NCBI RefSeq assembly: GCF_963921235.1
Contig: NC_086097.1
Location: 230,146,001-230,210,000 of the forward strand
Reading direction: 5' to 3'
Length of the DNA: 64,000 nt
Source of the DNA: Mobula hypostoma
Taxonomy: Eukaryota
How positions within the stretch are numbered: the first letter of the stretch is position 1; every line of letters begins with the position of its first letter. The notes below the pieces were generated by a model, which was given only the letters and a program-made list of their open reading frames with translations, searched no databases and was not told the origin of the DNA. Below are positions 33,890-47,225 of this stretch, one piece after another. The position numbers and the translations under genes were made by a program.

Positions 33890-35000
33890 ATAGACATCCT
33901 TGTAAATCTCCTCTGCATCCTTTCAATGGTTTCCACGTCCTTCCTGTAGTGAGGTGACCAGAACTGAGCACAGTACTCCAGGTGGGGTCTGACCAGGGTC
34001 CTATATAGCTACAACATTACCTCTCAGCTCTTAAACTCAATCCCACGGTTGATGAAGGCCAATGCACCGTATGCCTTCTTAACCACAGAGTCAATCTGCA
34101 TAGCAGCTTTGAGTGTCCTATGGACTCAGACCCCAAGATTCCTCTGATCCTCCACACTGCCAAGAGTCTTACCATTAATGCTGTATTCTGCCATCATGTT
34201 TGACTTACCAAAATGAACCACCTCACACTTACCTGGGTTGAACTCCATCTGCCACTTCTCAGCCCAGTTTTGCATCCTATCAATATCCCGCTGTAACCTC
34301 CACACTATCCACAAGACTCCCAGCCTTGGTGTCAGCAGCAAAGTTACTAACCCATCCCTCCACTTCCTCATCCAGGCCATTTATAAAAACTTCAAAGAGT
34401 AGGGGTCCCAGAACAGATCTCTGAGGCACATCACCGGTCACTGACCTCCATGCAGAATATGACCCATCTACAACCACTCTTTGCCTTCTGTGGGCAAGCC
34501 AGTTCTAGATCCACAAAGCAAAGTCCCCTTGGATCCCATGCCTCCTTACCTTCTCAATAAGCCTTGCATGGGGTACCTTATCAAATGCCTTGCTGAAATC
34601 TATATACACTACATCTACGGCTCTACCTTCATCAATGTGTCTAGTCACATCCTCAAAAAATTCAATCAGGCTTGTAAGGCACGACCTTCCTTTCACAGAG
34701 CCATGCTGACTATTCCTAATCATATTATGCCTCTCCAAAGGTTCATAAATCCTGCCCCTCAGGATCTTCTCCATCAACTTACCAACCACTGAAGTAAGAC
34801 TCACCAGTCTATAATTTCCTGGGCTATCTCTACTCCCTTTCTTGAATAAGGGAACAACATCCGCAACCCTCCAATTCTCTGGAATCTCTCCCGTCCTCAT
34901 TGATGATGCAAAGATCATCGCCAGAGGCTCAGCAATCTCCTCCCTTGCCTCCCACAGTAGCCTGGGGTACATCCTGTCCAGTCCTGGTGACTTATCCAAC
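33890..35000 (-). mobile_element. CR1 RT fragment
   Basis: Reads DKSPGLD..GNYRLVSLTSVVGK..YIDFSKAFDKVPH. Confidence 0.92.
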
Positions 35001-35982
35001 TTGGTGCAAAGACGACTGAGAAGTCAAGAGTCCATCTTATTGCAGTAGGAAAACATTCAATGTTCTTATAACACTGGGATAGAAGCTGTCCTGGAGCCTG
35101 GTTGTACATACAGTCTGCACCTCTTTGAATGGACACTTTATTTGATTCCAGAACAGGCATTAGATATAAGAAATTCTACATTCTTGAACATCAGATGAAG
35201 AGAATAGTGTTGACAGGGATAATAAATTAGCCATTATTGAATGGTGGAGTAGGCTCGAAGGGCCAAATGGCTAATTCCTATGGTTGAAGATAGAATTCAA
35301 GATAAAATAAGCTTTTTGTTTTTACCCAGTATTGAAATGGAAGTGCAAAATAACAATAGAAATTAATGAACATGAGAAATAGAGAAGAATTATCTGTTTG
35401 GTCTCCTGAACCTGCGTTACAGAGCAATAACTTCATAATCATTGGTCTCTATGTCAGTCCCGTAACTCTTTTTTCCTCCCTGGTCCACACTGTCTTTTGA
35501 ACTCACCCTTGAAAACACAGTATTCATTGACCTGGCACTTGGCATAAAAATTTCAAAGATTTCACAAGCTTATGAGAGAAGAAATCCCTCATCTTAACCA
35601 GTATGGGAAATATATTCATAGCCTTCTACTCCGTGATGTCCTCTCAGAATCTTAGGTGTTTCAGTGTGTTTTACTTCATCCTGAATAGTTTAATATTTAT
35701 GTATTTCTTGAGCAAGAATGATGCTTGAGTAGAGGATGTCATAGGGATGAACATCCGAACATTACTTGTGTTGTCTTTGTGGATCGGACTCTGTTATTCA
35801 CCTTATGATCTGTTTCTGGTTACTCCTTTTTTGTTGCTATTTTGGGTGATTTTGAATCGTGGCAGTCTGCAGATAACGAACACTGAGCTGTACTGAATAT
35901 GCCTGGACTCTTCTGATTTTTTTGTTATATATTCGGTATTTTTCACTCTTTTTTTGGTGCCATTTGCCTGATTTTTTTGAAG

Positions 35983-35987
<5 letters not shown>

Positions 35988-36033
<46 letters not shown>

Positions 36034-36042
36034 GGGGGGGGG
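35988..36042. repeat. (TG)n microsatellite followed by a G-run, inside a repeat with a Rex1-type tail (about 35740-36165)
   Basis: Directly visible. The tail GAATCTCAGGGTTGTATA..AATAAA..CTTTTGAA is shared with 57922-57990 and with 47355-47420 (minus). Confidence 0.9.
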
Positions 36043-36624
36043 TGGGTGGTGGTTGATGCTTTTCTTTGAACAGGCTCCATGGCTGTCTGTGGAGCAGATG
36101 AATCTCAGGGTTGTATACTGCATACGTACTTTAATAATAAACGTACTTTGTATCTTTTGAATCTTTTAACGAGTGAAATTGCTCAGTTACCTCTGGTTAT
36201 ACTTTATGTTGTACAGATCACTGTGATATCCTCCAACAAGCATAATGCCTGTTCAAGAAATCACTAAAATTCTGACTTATTTTTATGATTTGCCTTGGTT
36301 GTAGAGCACAAGTTATTAGTTGTATTCTAGGGCATTATTTCCTTCCTCTTAGTTTAATCACTCCTTATTTTAAAATAGGTAGGAATTTAACAAATAAGAT
36401 GGAAATAATGTTTGGTATTATTTTACTTATTTGTGTATTCAGTTCAACTTATCAAATAGATCTTAGCATTATGAATGGGCCATTGATTCCAGTATTTGTT
36501 TCTGATACAAACAACTAAAGAAAAACAGTGAAATATTAGCCTCCTTGCACTCTGAGTGGCCCAGCACTTGGGTCCACATATTTTGTGTATATATATTGTA
36601 ACTAAGCTGCTGAGTTAGAATTCT

Positions 36625-36970
36625 TTTTTCTCGTGTGCCTGCATGCGTGCGAGTCTGTATGTCTGCGTCCCTGTGTGCGTGCGTGCGCATCTGTGCGTCC
36701 GCGTGTGCGTGTGTGCATCCGTGATGATGTCTTTTTCATGGCTTCCTTTACGAGGCGCGGAGCGAGAAAAGGAGACTGTGGCGCTCCACTCCTCACACTA
36801 ACATTTTCGCAGTATTTTTTCCCTTTATTTTACGAGGTCGAGTTGCGATCTCGACACGCAACCCGGCACGGATGGAAAGCGTATTCGGGAGCGGACCCGA
36901 CTAACTTAGAACCTGGGAACCTCCGCTCCCGGGTCTGGCGCTGATGTCGTTGCGCCGCAAGCCGGCCCCT
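36625..36970 (-). mobile_element. tRNA-derived SINE with 14-bp TSD
   Basis: TSD TGAGTT(A/G)GAATTCT at 36611-36624 and 36971-36984. The head GGGGCCGGCTTGCGGCGCAACG has an A-box-like motif and GGTTCTAAG is B-box-like; (CACG)-rich 3' part and a short A tail. Confidence 0.8.
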
Positions 36971-37098
36971 TGAGTTGGAATTCTAAAATACATTGAAGGC
37001 ACGCAGTAATGAAAACAAAAATCAAACATCCTAGTTTACAAAATGCCTCGTGCCCCAACATCTTTTTCCTTTCCAAAACCCTTCAATGCATGGAACAG

Positions 37099-38050
37099 TC
37101 AGGGCAGCACGGTAGTGTAGCATTTAGCACAATATTTTATAGTGCCTGCAATCACTGATCAGGGTTCGATTCCTGCCACTGCCTCTAAGGGGTTTGTACG
37201 TTCTCCCTGTGACCAAGAGTGCCCCGTTTTCCGTTCACATTCAGAAGACTTTTTGTTATTTATTCGGGAGACTTCTATAACCTCTTCTGCATTCTCCTTC
37301 CCTTTTACTTTATCCTCATTCTTCAAAATAGTTGAACCTACTATTTACTTTAAAGGCACACTTCAACCCATCCCACTGACTGCCATTTTGCCTGTCAACC
37401 GCCAGTCTTCCCTTGCAGTCTCACTCCACACTGCATCTACCGCCCATCCTCTTCTCTTTCTCCGCCAAATTAGTTTAATATTGAAAGGCCTAGATAGAGT
37501 AGTCAGGGCGAGGATGTTTCCTGCAGTGAGGGAGACTAGGACCAGATGACATAGCTTCAGAATAGAAGGACATCTCTTTAGAAGAGGGACGAAGTGGAAT
37601 TTCTTTAGTCAGATTGTGGTGAATCTGTGGAATTCATTGCCACAGACAGCTGTGAAGACCAAGTTATTTGGTATATTTAAAGCAGAGTTTGATAGGTTCT
37701 TGGTTAGTAAAGGTGACAAAGGTGATGGGAGGAGGCAGGAGAATGTGTTTGAGAGGGATAATAAATCAGTCGTCATGAAAGGGCGCAGCAGACTCGATGA
37801 GTGGAATGGCTTACTCCTGCTCCTGCTGTATGCCTTGTGGTCTTATGGTCTAAGACATATGGTTATGGTTAGTTAATTGTGGGTATAGTTAGTTAGGGTT
37901 AGGTTATAGTTAGGTTAGGGTTTGTTGTGGGTGTGCTGTGTTGGCACCGGAAATGTGGTGACACTTGCAAGCTGATTTAATCTGATGTGAAACAATGCAT
38001 TTCACTGTATGTTTTGATACACATGTGACAAAAAAAGCTAATCTTCAATC
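37099..38050 (+). mobile_element. V-SINE-like tRNA SINE split by a CR1 insertion (37099-37249 and 37852-38050)
   Basis: GGGCAGCACGGTAGTGTAGC (A box), GGGTTCGATTCC (B box) and GTTTGTACGTTCTCCC (V-domain-like). Confidence 0.7.
37477..37851 (+). mobile_element. CR1 3' fragment
   Basis: Reads ILKGLDRV..VVNLWNSLPQTAV; tail TCTTATGGTCT. Confidence 0.85.
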
Positions 38051-38091
38051 TCAAAGTACTGTCACCTTCAAATACATGCCCAGTTTTCCAA

Positions 38092-38565
38092 GAACCATAA
38101 GACATAGGAGCAGAATTAGGCCATTCAGCCCATCGAGTCTGTTCTGCCCATTCATCATGGCTGATCCACTTCACTCTCAGCCCCATTCTCCTGCCTTCTC
38201 CCCATAATCTTCTCATCAAGAACCTTAAAGGCACCCAATGAACTGGCCTCCACAGCCACCTGCGGCAGTAAATTCCACCTAATCTCTGCTCTCAGTGGAC
38301 ACCCCTCTATTTTGAAGCTGTACCCTCTGGTCCTGGACTCCCCCACTAAATATCCTCTTCACATCCACCCTATCTAGGTCTTTCAACATTCGATGGGTTT
38401 CAATGAGATTCCCCCTCATTCTTTTAAATCCCAGTGAGTACAGGCTCAGAGCCTTCAATCGCTGCTCAGATGATAAACTTTTTATTCCCAGAATCATTCT
38501 CGAGAACCTCCTCTGAACCCTCTCAAACCTCTGCACATCCTTTCTTTAATAAAGGGCCTAAAGCT
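38092..38565 (-). mobile_element. CR1 3' fragment
   Basis: Reads ERVQRRFSRMI..RMRGNLIET. Confidence 0.85.
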
Positions 38566-39116
38566 GCGAAATATCACAGTTCAGATTCCCTGCAATGGTA
38601 GCAAAACAATTTTTTATTGATGTTATAATATACGTCATACGTGACTTAACAAATGGAAGCTGTCAGTCCTTATCCTTATGATTTGTCGGCAACCTTTATG
38701 TTGGTTGATTGGGTCATTTATCTACCAACCACTGTCTAAATTGGGTGGAGCCTCGTTCTCCCTTGTCTAAGGCAGAGAATAAGCTGCTTTTTCCACTTTC
38801 ACAGCATTACCTCCCGTGTCCTTCAACATCTATCCTCAGTATCATCCAATTTCATCACTAAAAAGAGTTTTGATTTCTAACCATCTTCTGACAACAATCA
38901 GATCTGTCTCAAGATCACCTTTCTCAATCTGTCTGACTGCAAATTGTCAGCCTGCTTTATCTGGCATTCAGCAAAGGATAAAATAGATATTTATTACATA
39001 CTGATATTAGAAAGAACAAAGCTACAGTAGTCGTGGTCACCATTATTCAATGATTCCGGTCCTTTCTCTGACAGCAGTGTAATGTTGAATCAGTCTATTT
39101 TCATCCTTCATACTGT

Positions 39117-41575
39117 ACATAAGAACATAAGAAATGGGAGCAGGAGTCAGCCATCCGGCCCATCGAGCCTGCTCCGCCATTCAATAAGATCATGGCTGAT
39201 CTGGCCACGGACTCACCTCCACCTACCTGCCTTTTCCCCATAACCTTTAATTCCCTTACAATGCAAAAATCTATCCAACCTTGTCTTAAATATATTTATT
39301 GAGGTAGGCTCCACTGCTTCCCTGGGCAGAGAATTCCACAAATTCACCACACTCTGGGAAAAGCAGCTCCTCCTCATCTCCGTTCTAAATCTACTCCCCC
39401 AAATCTTGAGTAGTTCTAGTCCTAGTTCTAGTCTCACCTACCAGTGGAAACAACTTTCCTGCCTCTATCTTACCTATCCCTTTCATAATTTTATATGTTT
39501 TTATAAGATCACCGCTCACTTTTCTGAATTTCAGCGAGTACAGTCCCAGGTGACTCAATCTATCCTCATAGATTAACCTCTTCATCTCTGGAATCAACCC
39601 AGTGAACCTTCTCTGCACTGCCTCCAAAGCCAGTATATCCTTCTTCAAGTAAGGAGACCGGAACTGCGCATAGTACTCCAGGTGTGGCCTCACCAGTATC
39701 CTGTACAGTTGCAGCATAACCTCCCTGCTGTTAAATTCAATCCCTCTAGTAATGTTGGCCAACATTCCATTTGCCTTCATGATAGCCTGCTGCACCTGCA
39801 AACCAACCTTTTGTGATTCATGCACAAGAACTCCCAAGTCCCTCTGCACAGCAGCATGCTGCAATTTTTACCATTTAATTAACAACCTGCTCCTTCATTT
39901 TTCCTTCCAAAGTGTATGACCTTGCATTTACCAACATTGTACTCCACCTGCCAGACCCTTGCCCACTCACTTAACCTATTTATATCTCTCTGCAGACTCT
40001 CCATACCTTCTGCAAAATTTGCTTTTCCACTCAATTTAGTGTCATCAGCAAACTTAGATACACTACACTCGGCCCCCTCTTCCACATCGTTAATGTATAT
40101 GGTGAACAGTTGCGGGCCCAGCACACCACTCACCACTGATCGCCAACCAGAGTAACTCCCATGTATCCCAACTCTCTGCTTTCTATTAGTTAACCAACCC
40201 TCTATCCATGCTAATACATCACCCCCAACTCTATGCATCCTTATCTTATAAATAAGTCTTTTATGTGGCACTTTATCAATGTCTTCTGGAAATCCAAGTA
40301 AATAACGTCCATCTGTTCCATTCTATCCACTGCGCTCATTATTCCCTCAAAGAACTCCGGTAAGTTTGTCAAACAGGACCTGCCTTTGCTGAATCCATGC
40401 TGCATCTGCCTGATGGATCCATTTCTTTCCAGATGCCTCGCTGCTTCTTCTTTAATGATAGCTTCAAGCATTTTCCCAACTACAGATGTTAAACTAACTG
40501 GCCTGTAGTTACCTGCCTTTTGCCTACAGCCTTTTTTGAACAGTGGTGTGACGCTTGCCATCTTCCAATCCACCGGGACCTGCCCAGAGTCCAGAGAATT
40601 TTGGTAAATCATTACCAAAGCCTCTACCATAACTTATAGAAAACCTACAGTACAATACAGGCCCTTCAGCCCACAATGCTGTGCCGAACATGTACTTACT
40701 TTAGAAATTACCTAGGGTTACCTATAGCCCTCTATTTTTCTAAGCTCCATGTACCTATCCAGGAGTCTCTTAAAAGACCCTATTGTATCCAAACTTCTTC
40801 CATTTCTTTCAGCACCCTGGGATGCATTCCATCAGGACCATGGGACTTACCTATCTTCAGACCCACGAGTTTGCTCAGCACTGCCTCTTTAGTGATAGCT
40901 ATTGTATCGAGGTCCTCACCTGCCAGCAAATCCATAACATCTCTCTTTGGCATGTTAGGTGCATCCTCCACCATGAAGACTGACACAAAATAGTTATTCA
41001 AAGCCTCATTTCCTCATTACCCAATATCAAATCGCCCTCCTCGTCCTCCAAGGGACCTACATTCACTTTAGCCACCCTTTTCTGCTTTATTGTTTACGCA
41101 TAATACACTGGTTTCAGATCGAACTATTGCACCTTCCGTTTGTATAAGAAATTCAGTCAGACTGTGATCACTCTTTCCAAGAGGGTCCCTAACTACAAGA
41201 ACACTAATTTTACCTGTCACATTGCACAGGACCAGATCTAAGATAACATGTTCTCTTGTAGGTTCAGTAACATGCTGTTCAAGAAAGCCATCACGGATGC
41301 ATTCCATGATGTCCTCCTCAAGACTGCCTTGACCAACTTGATCCACTCAATCTATGTGCAAGTTAAAGTCCCCCATGATAACTACTATTCCATTCTTACA
41401 TGCCTCAGATATCTCTCTGTTTATTGCCTGTGCCACAGTAATGTTATTATTTGTTGGCTGATAGACAACTCCCACCAGCGATTTTTTTTCCCTTTACAAT
41501 TCATGATCTCTACCCAGATGGATTCAGCGTTCTGCTCCCTAGAGCTTATATTGCCTCTCACTATCTCCCTGATCT
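39117..41575 (-). mobile_element. Decayed CR1 (endonuclease to 3' end) with a second CR1 3' stub inserted at 40636-40791
   Basis: ORF2 fragments at 39391-41346; the stub is flanked by AACTT at 40631-40635 and 40792-40796. Confidence 0.92.
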
Positions 41576-41579
41576 CTGT

Positions 41580-42215
41580 ATCTGAAAACCATTGTGTCAA
41601 AATGGTTGTTGTGATGCACCTTGTGTGGTAGTGTAGTGGGTAGTGCTTGTCACTCCCGCTTTTAGCTTCCAACACTGGCTAGCAGTCTTACAAAAAGTTG
41701 AGATGAATGTGTCAGTCTCTTCCTGCCAGTACAGAGCCTCTCAACAGCAAGCTTCATGTAGTGCCCCCTCACTGGTGACACATGGAAACCGGACTCAGGC
41801 TGAACTACCGAGGACGGGGAGGAGGTCTGACCCCTGCACACGTAGCACGCAGGCCCCCCGGCGTGTCAACACACCCATGTGCTTGTAGACCAGATCCCCA
41901 GCTATGGGTAAATATCCCCACTGCCTTGTGGGCAGCTTCAGGAGAGAAGACCTAGACAGCAAATCTGGAGTGGAGCCCCTAAGGTGGCTGGACATCACTG
42001 AACGTCCTTCCAGCAGCTCCTGCAGCTAAGCTGGTGCCAAACGTATTGCTTCATAAGCTTCCCTTTGGACTACGCTGGTGAGGCCGAGAAGGGGATGTTG
42101 ACGACTGGCCATCTCAGGATCTCCATACCTTCTACCCAGGCTTGTGATGATGATCACATTCACCCATTGTCCTTCGAGACAGACGGATCACTGTGCCTGA
42201 CCCCAGGATGAGCTA
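41580..42215 (+). mobile_element. Probable non-autonomous RTE-related retroposon
   Basis: GC-rich and non-coding, with motifs that recall RTE 5' regions (GATCCCCAGCTATGGGTAAAT..GGAGAGAAG). Assigned from pattern memory only. Confidence 0.35.
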
Positions 42216-42334
42216 CTGATTAGAAATCTGTGCCATAAATAAGTGAATTAATTTCTCGGTCCGAAGCATTATCTATCGTTACTCCTATTTCAACTCCTCA
42301 GTTACTGAAACCCATTTCTTTGATACTTCTGGGC

Positions 42335-44190
42335 AACTAAGAAAGAGAGAAGTCAGGAGGACTAAAAGAAGGCATGAGGTTGCTCTAGCAGACAAGGTGG
42401 AAGAGAATCCCAAGGGATTCTACAGGTATGTTAAGAGAAAAAGGATTACAAGGGACAAAATTGGACCTCTGGAAGATCAGAATGGTAATCCATCTGTGGA
42501 GCCAAAAGAGATGGTGTAGATCTTAAATAAACTTTTTGCATCTGTATTTACTTAGGAGATGAATACAGTGTCTATAGAAGTGAGGCAAAGTGGCATCAAC
42601 TTCATGGACGCTATACCGATTACAGAGGAGGAGGTGTTTACTGTCCTAAGGCAAATCCCCAGGGCTTGACAAGGTGCTCCCTCAGACCCTAGGGAGTCAA
42701 GTGCAGAAATTGCCGGATCCTAGTGGAGATATTTAAAACATTGTTAGCAACAGGAGAGGTACCAGAGGATTGGAGGGTAGAAATTGTTGTTCCGTTGCTT
42801 AAAAAAGGCTCTAAAAATAAACCAGGAAATTATAGTCTGGTGAGTCTGATATCAGTGGTGGGAAAAGTTATTGGAAGGTATTCTAAGGGACTGGATGTTT
42901 AAGTATTTGGATAGGCGTGGACTGATCAAGGATAGTCAGCATGACTTTGTGCATTGTTGATAATTTTTAACCAACGTTATAGAGTTTATCAGGAAGTTAG
43001 TATCAAAGTGGATGAAGGCAAGACAGTGGACATTGGCTATGTGGACTCTAGCAAGGCATTTGGAAAGGTCCCACATGAGAGGTTGGTCAAGAAGGTTCAG
43101 TCGCTTGGCATTGAAGATGAGGTCGTAAATTGGATTAGACACTGGCTTTGTGGGAGAAGCCAGAGAGTGGTAGTAGCTGGCTGCCTCTCTGACTGGAGGC
43201 CTGAGACTAGTGGAGTGCCACAGTGATTGGTACTGGGTCCATTGTTGTTTGTCATCCGTATCAATGATCTGGGTGATAATGTGGTTAACTGGATCAGCAA
43301 ATTTGCAGAAGATACCAAGACTAGGGGTGTATTGGATAGCAAGGAAGGCTATCATGGCTTGTAGAGGGATCTGCATCAGCTGGGAAAAAATTGCTGAAAA
43401 ATGGCAGATGGAATTTAATGCAGACAAGTGCAAGGTATTGCAGTTCAGTAGGACCAACCAGGGTAGGTCTTACACAGAGATCGGTAGGGCACTGGGCAGT
43501 GTGGTAGAACAAAGGGATCTGGAAGTGCAGGTCCATAATTAATTGAAAATGGTGTCATGAGTAGATAGAGTCATAAAGAAAGCTTTTGGCACATTGGCCT
43601 TCGTAAGTCAAAGTATTGAGTACTGGAGGTGGATGTTATCTTGAAGTTCTTGGTGCGGCCTAATTTGGAGTATTTTGAGCAGTTTTGCTCACCTACTTAC
43701 AGGAAGGATGTAAACAAGGTTGAAAGAGCGCAGAGAAAACTTGCAAGGATGTTGCCGGGTCTGGAGGACCTGAGTTATAAGAAACAATTGAATAGTTTGG
43801 AATTTATTTCTTAGAATGTAGAAGGTTGAGAGGATATTTGATGGAGGTATACAAAATTATGAGTGATAGAGATAGGGCAAATGCAAGCAGGCTTTTTCTG
43901 CTGAGGTTGGGTGGGATTATAACTAGAGGTCATGGGTTAAAGTTCAAAGGTGAAAAGTTTAGGGGTAACATGAGGGGAAACGTCTTCACCCAGAGGAGCC
44001 GCCAGCCCAAGTGGAGTATGTGAGCTCGATTTCAATGTTTAAGAGAAGTTTCAATAGGTTCATGGATGGTCAGGGTATGGAGGGTTATGGTCGTGGTGCA
44101 GGGATGTGAACAGGCAGTTTAAATGGTTTTGGCATGGACTAGATGGGCCAAAGGACCTGTTTCTGTGCTGTACTTTCCTATGACTATGAC
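42335..44190 (+). mobile_element. Decayed CR1 ORF2 + 3' end
   Basis: Reads KAFGKVPHERL, SGVPQ and LVRPNLEY; (CTATGA)n tail. Confidence 0.9.
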
Positions 44191-44989
44191 TGTTCCAATT
44201 TATCTGTCCTCCCATCTTTGTAAACTTGAACTTACCAGAAGTTTAGTTGTACATGTCCTTCTATTTCCTAGTCTGTTTCATCCATCTGCCCGACTATAAT
44301 GTCCATGGGTTGCTTATTTGTTACTGAAAACATAGGCAAACAGGCTGAAGTAGAGCTTGTTTTATTAAAGCCAGTAACTCTCATATGACCCTATTATTTG
44401 GTTACCACAATGAGACATACCGTGTTGGAATCTTAGTTTTTCAAGATCTCCTGTTCATATTTGCATTACGTCACTTGCCCTTGAAGTGAGATAACTGCAA
44501 ACATTCAGTTAAGCTGTTTACACCGAAAAAATATGTACATTCAGTTAATTATTTACAGATATACACCATCATAAATTCACCCAATTATAAATTCAATTGA
44601 TGAATAGTCTCCTTACTAGCTAAGTCCTCCACAGCTGTATACTGTTCTATGTTCTATTAGATCCTGAGTAGCATTTGGGTATGAGTACTGCTGAGATAAT
44701 ACGTCTAACTCCACAGAGTATCTAACATGGCCACCACCAGCTCTGCTCCACACACATGCACTTGCTCTGAGAACCCTGTAAAGCTGCATTTGTCACCTTT
44801 GATGTATTCACTCCAGGCATCCATATTCCGTTGGATCAACCCCACTTGTCTACCATCCATTCTGTGGCTGTCATGTACCTCCTGATCCATGTATCATGTC
44901 CTGCATCATGGTAACAATCCTGGACCTCAAACTCTTGTTTGTACTGAACGTTACCTTCCTGACCACCATTTTACAAAAAGTATTTTATT

Positions 44990-45208
44990 TAGACCCGACG
45001 AGCCTGTGCTGCTCAATCATGCCTATGTGACCAACTAACCGACTTACCCAGACGTCTTTGGAATGTGGGAGGAAGCTGGAACACACAGAGGAAGCCGTGT
45101 GATCATGAGGAGAACATACAAACTCCTTACAGACAGTGGCGGGAATTGAACCTGGGGCACTGGTGCTATTAAAACATTAAGCTAACTGGTGCATTACTGT
45201 TCTGCCCT
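44990..45208 (-). mobile_element. V-SINE-like SINE
   Basis: Minus strand GGGCAGAACAGTAATG..GGTTCAATTCCC..GGAGTTTGTATGTTCTCC. Confidence 0.75.
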
Positions 45209-45577
45209 TGTCGTCTCAAAGGTCATGCACATGCCATCTTCACCATACAGTTCTTGTCTGCCAATACTGCCACAACCTCTCAGCAGCTCTTTATCAGCAA
45301 TCATCATGGAACTTGTCATCTGAGTACAGTCCCCCACAACTCCCATCTGAAAGTTCCTCTTCCAATCCAGTATCCCATGCCTCCCATTCTGGCTACTCTT
45401 CCTCCACCTGTACTTCCTAACTACGTTGCGCAATTGATCAGTGCAGGCTCATTGGGCTGGAAGCCCGGTTGTCGATGGGCTAACATTTCAGCTCAACACC
45501 ACTGTTGGATGGAATGAGGATTTATCCTTCCGGCAACTGTCTCTTCATTAATTCCTCCTTCATTGTGCCTCCCCATG

Positions 45578-45928
45578 GGTGAAAGAAAAATGGAGGGCTA
45601 TGTGGGCGAGAAAGTTCAAGGGGGATATTAGAGGAAGGTTTTTTACTCAGAGAGTGGTTGGTGCGTGGAATGCACTGCCTGAGTCAGTGGTGGAGGCAGA
45701 TACACTAGTGAAGTTTAAGAGACTACTAGACAGGTATATGGAGGAATTTAAGGTGGGGGGGTTATATAGGAGGCAGGGTTTGAGGGTCGGCACAACAATG
45801 TGGGCCGAAGGGCCTGTACTGTGCTGTACTGTTCTATGTTCTATGAAAGGTTAGATTGATCTTGGAGTAGGTCAGCACAACATGATGGGCTGAAGGGCCT
45901 GTACTGTGCTCTATTGTTCTATGTTCTA
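45578..45928 (+). mobile_element. CR1 3' stub nested in another CR1 3' end
   Basis: Two successive CR1 tails; GAAAG at 45610-45614 and 45845-45849 flanks the inner copy. Confidence 0.75.
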
Positions 45929-46644
45929 TTGGATACTGAATTGTATTGGTGTATAAATACTGCTGAGATAATAATTTCAGCTCCCCAGAATACCCAACAT
46001 GGCCACCAGCGGCTCTCCTCTGCACACAGACTCCTGCTTAGAGAAATCTGGTCTCCATCTTCCTAATGCTGAATCACTGTTCTGTTCCTCTCACAAGAAA
46101 GAACAGTCTCTTCATGTTCCTATTATGGTGTCTTACAACATGCATAATCAGACTTAGGTAGCAGTAGGACAGAACATGCTTTATTAAAGATCAAAGCTCT
46201 CAAGTAAATTGCAGTGTCTGATTAGGGCACTGTCTCATGGTTATATCACATGGTCGTACACTCATGATCACTGAGTGACTTTGGCTCTGGAAAGGATGAC
46301 AGTGATTTTAAAATTCTCAACCTTCTTTTCAAATCCCTTTATCGCCTTGCTCCTCACTTCACAACTGATCCCCTCCAGCTCTACCGCTCTCTGAGATATT
46401 TGCCTTTCCTTCAGTTTTGAGTTCAAGAACACCAGCAAGCTCCATCGCTCCATCACTGGCAGTTCTTAGTTTCGAAGATGATACTTTGGAAAATGAAAAA
46501 AAAGTCATCAGTTGCTGGAAATCAGAAGTTACTGCAAAAACATCTGATTAGTCATCTTTGGTTGGGGGCGGGGAAGATTAATGTTTCAGGCCATCCATTA
46601 TGGTTCCAAAGGATCTCAATCTGAAATATTATCCCTGTCTCTAG

Positions 46645-47225
46645 AGCCATAGAATAGTACAGCACAGAAATAGGCCATTCAGCCCATCTAGTCTGTGCTG
46701 AACTGTTATTCTGCCTAGTCTCATCAACCCGCACCCGGACTATAGCCCTACATACCTCTCCCATCCATATACTTACCCAAATTTTTCTTAAGTGGTGAAA
46801 TTGAACCCACATTCACCACTTCCGCTAGCAGTTCATTCTATATAGGCACAACCCTCTGAGTGAAGAAGTTCCCTCTCATGTTTCACCCTTCAACCTTAAC
46901 CTTTGACATCACTCCAGTTTCACCCAGCCTCAGTGGACTTTTGCCTTAACCCTATCAATACCCCTCATAAATTTGTATACCTCTATCAAATCTCCCCTCA
47001 TACACTCCAGAGAATAAAATCCTAAACTATTCAACCTTTCTCTATAACTCAGGTCCTCAAGTCCAGGCAACATTCTTGTAAACTTTTTCAGTACTCTTTC
47101 AATCTTATTGATATCTTTCATGTAGGCAGGTGACCAGAACTGCACTGAATACACCAAATTTGGCCTCACCAGCATTTTACACAACTTCAACATAACATCC
47201 TAACTCCTTCACACAACACTTTGAT
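46645..47225 (-). mobile_element. CR1 3' fragment
   Basis: Reads LVRPNLVYSVQFWSPAY. Confidence 0.85.

Noticed and set aside
37099..37175. tRNA-like A and B boxes
   Set aside because: A SINE head, with no complete cloverleaf.
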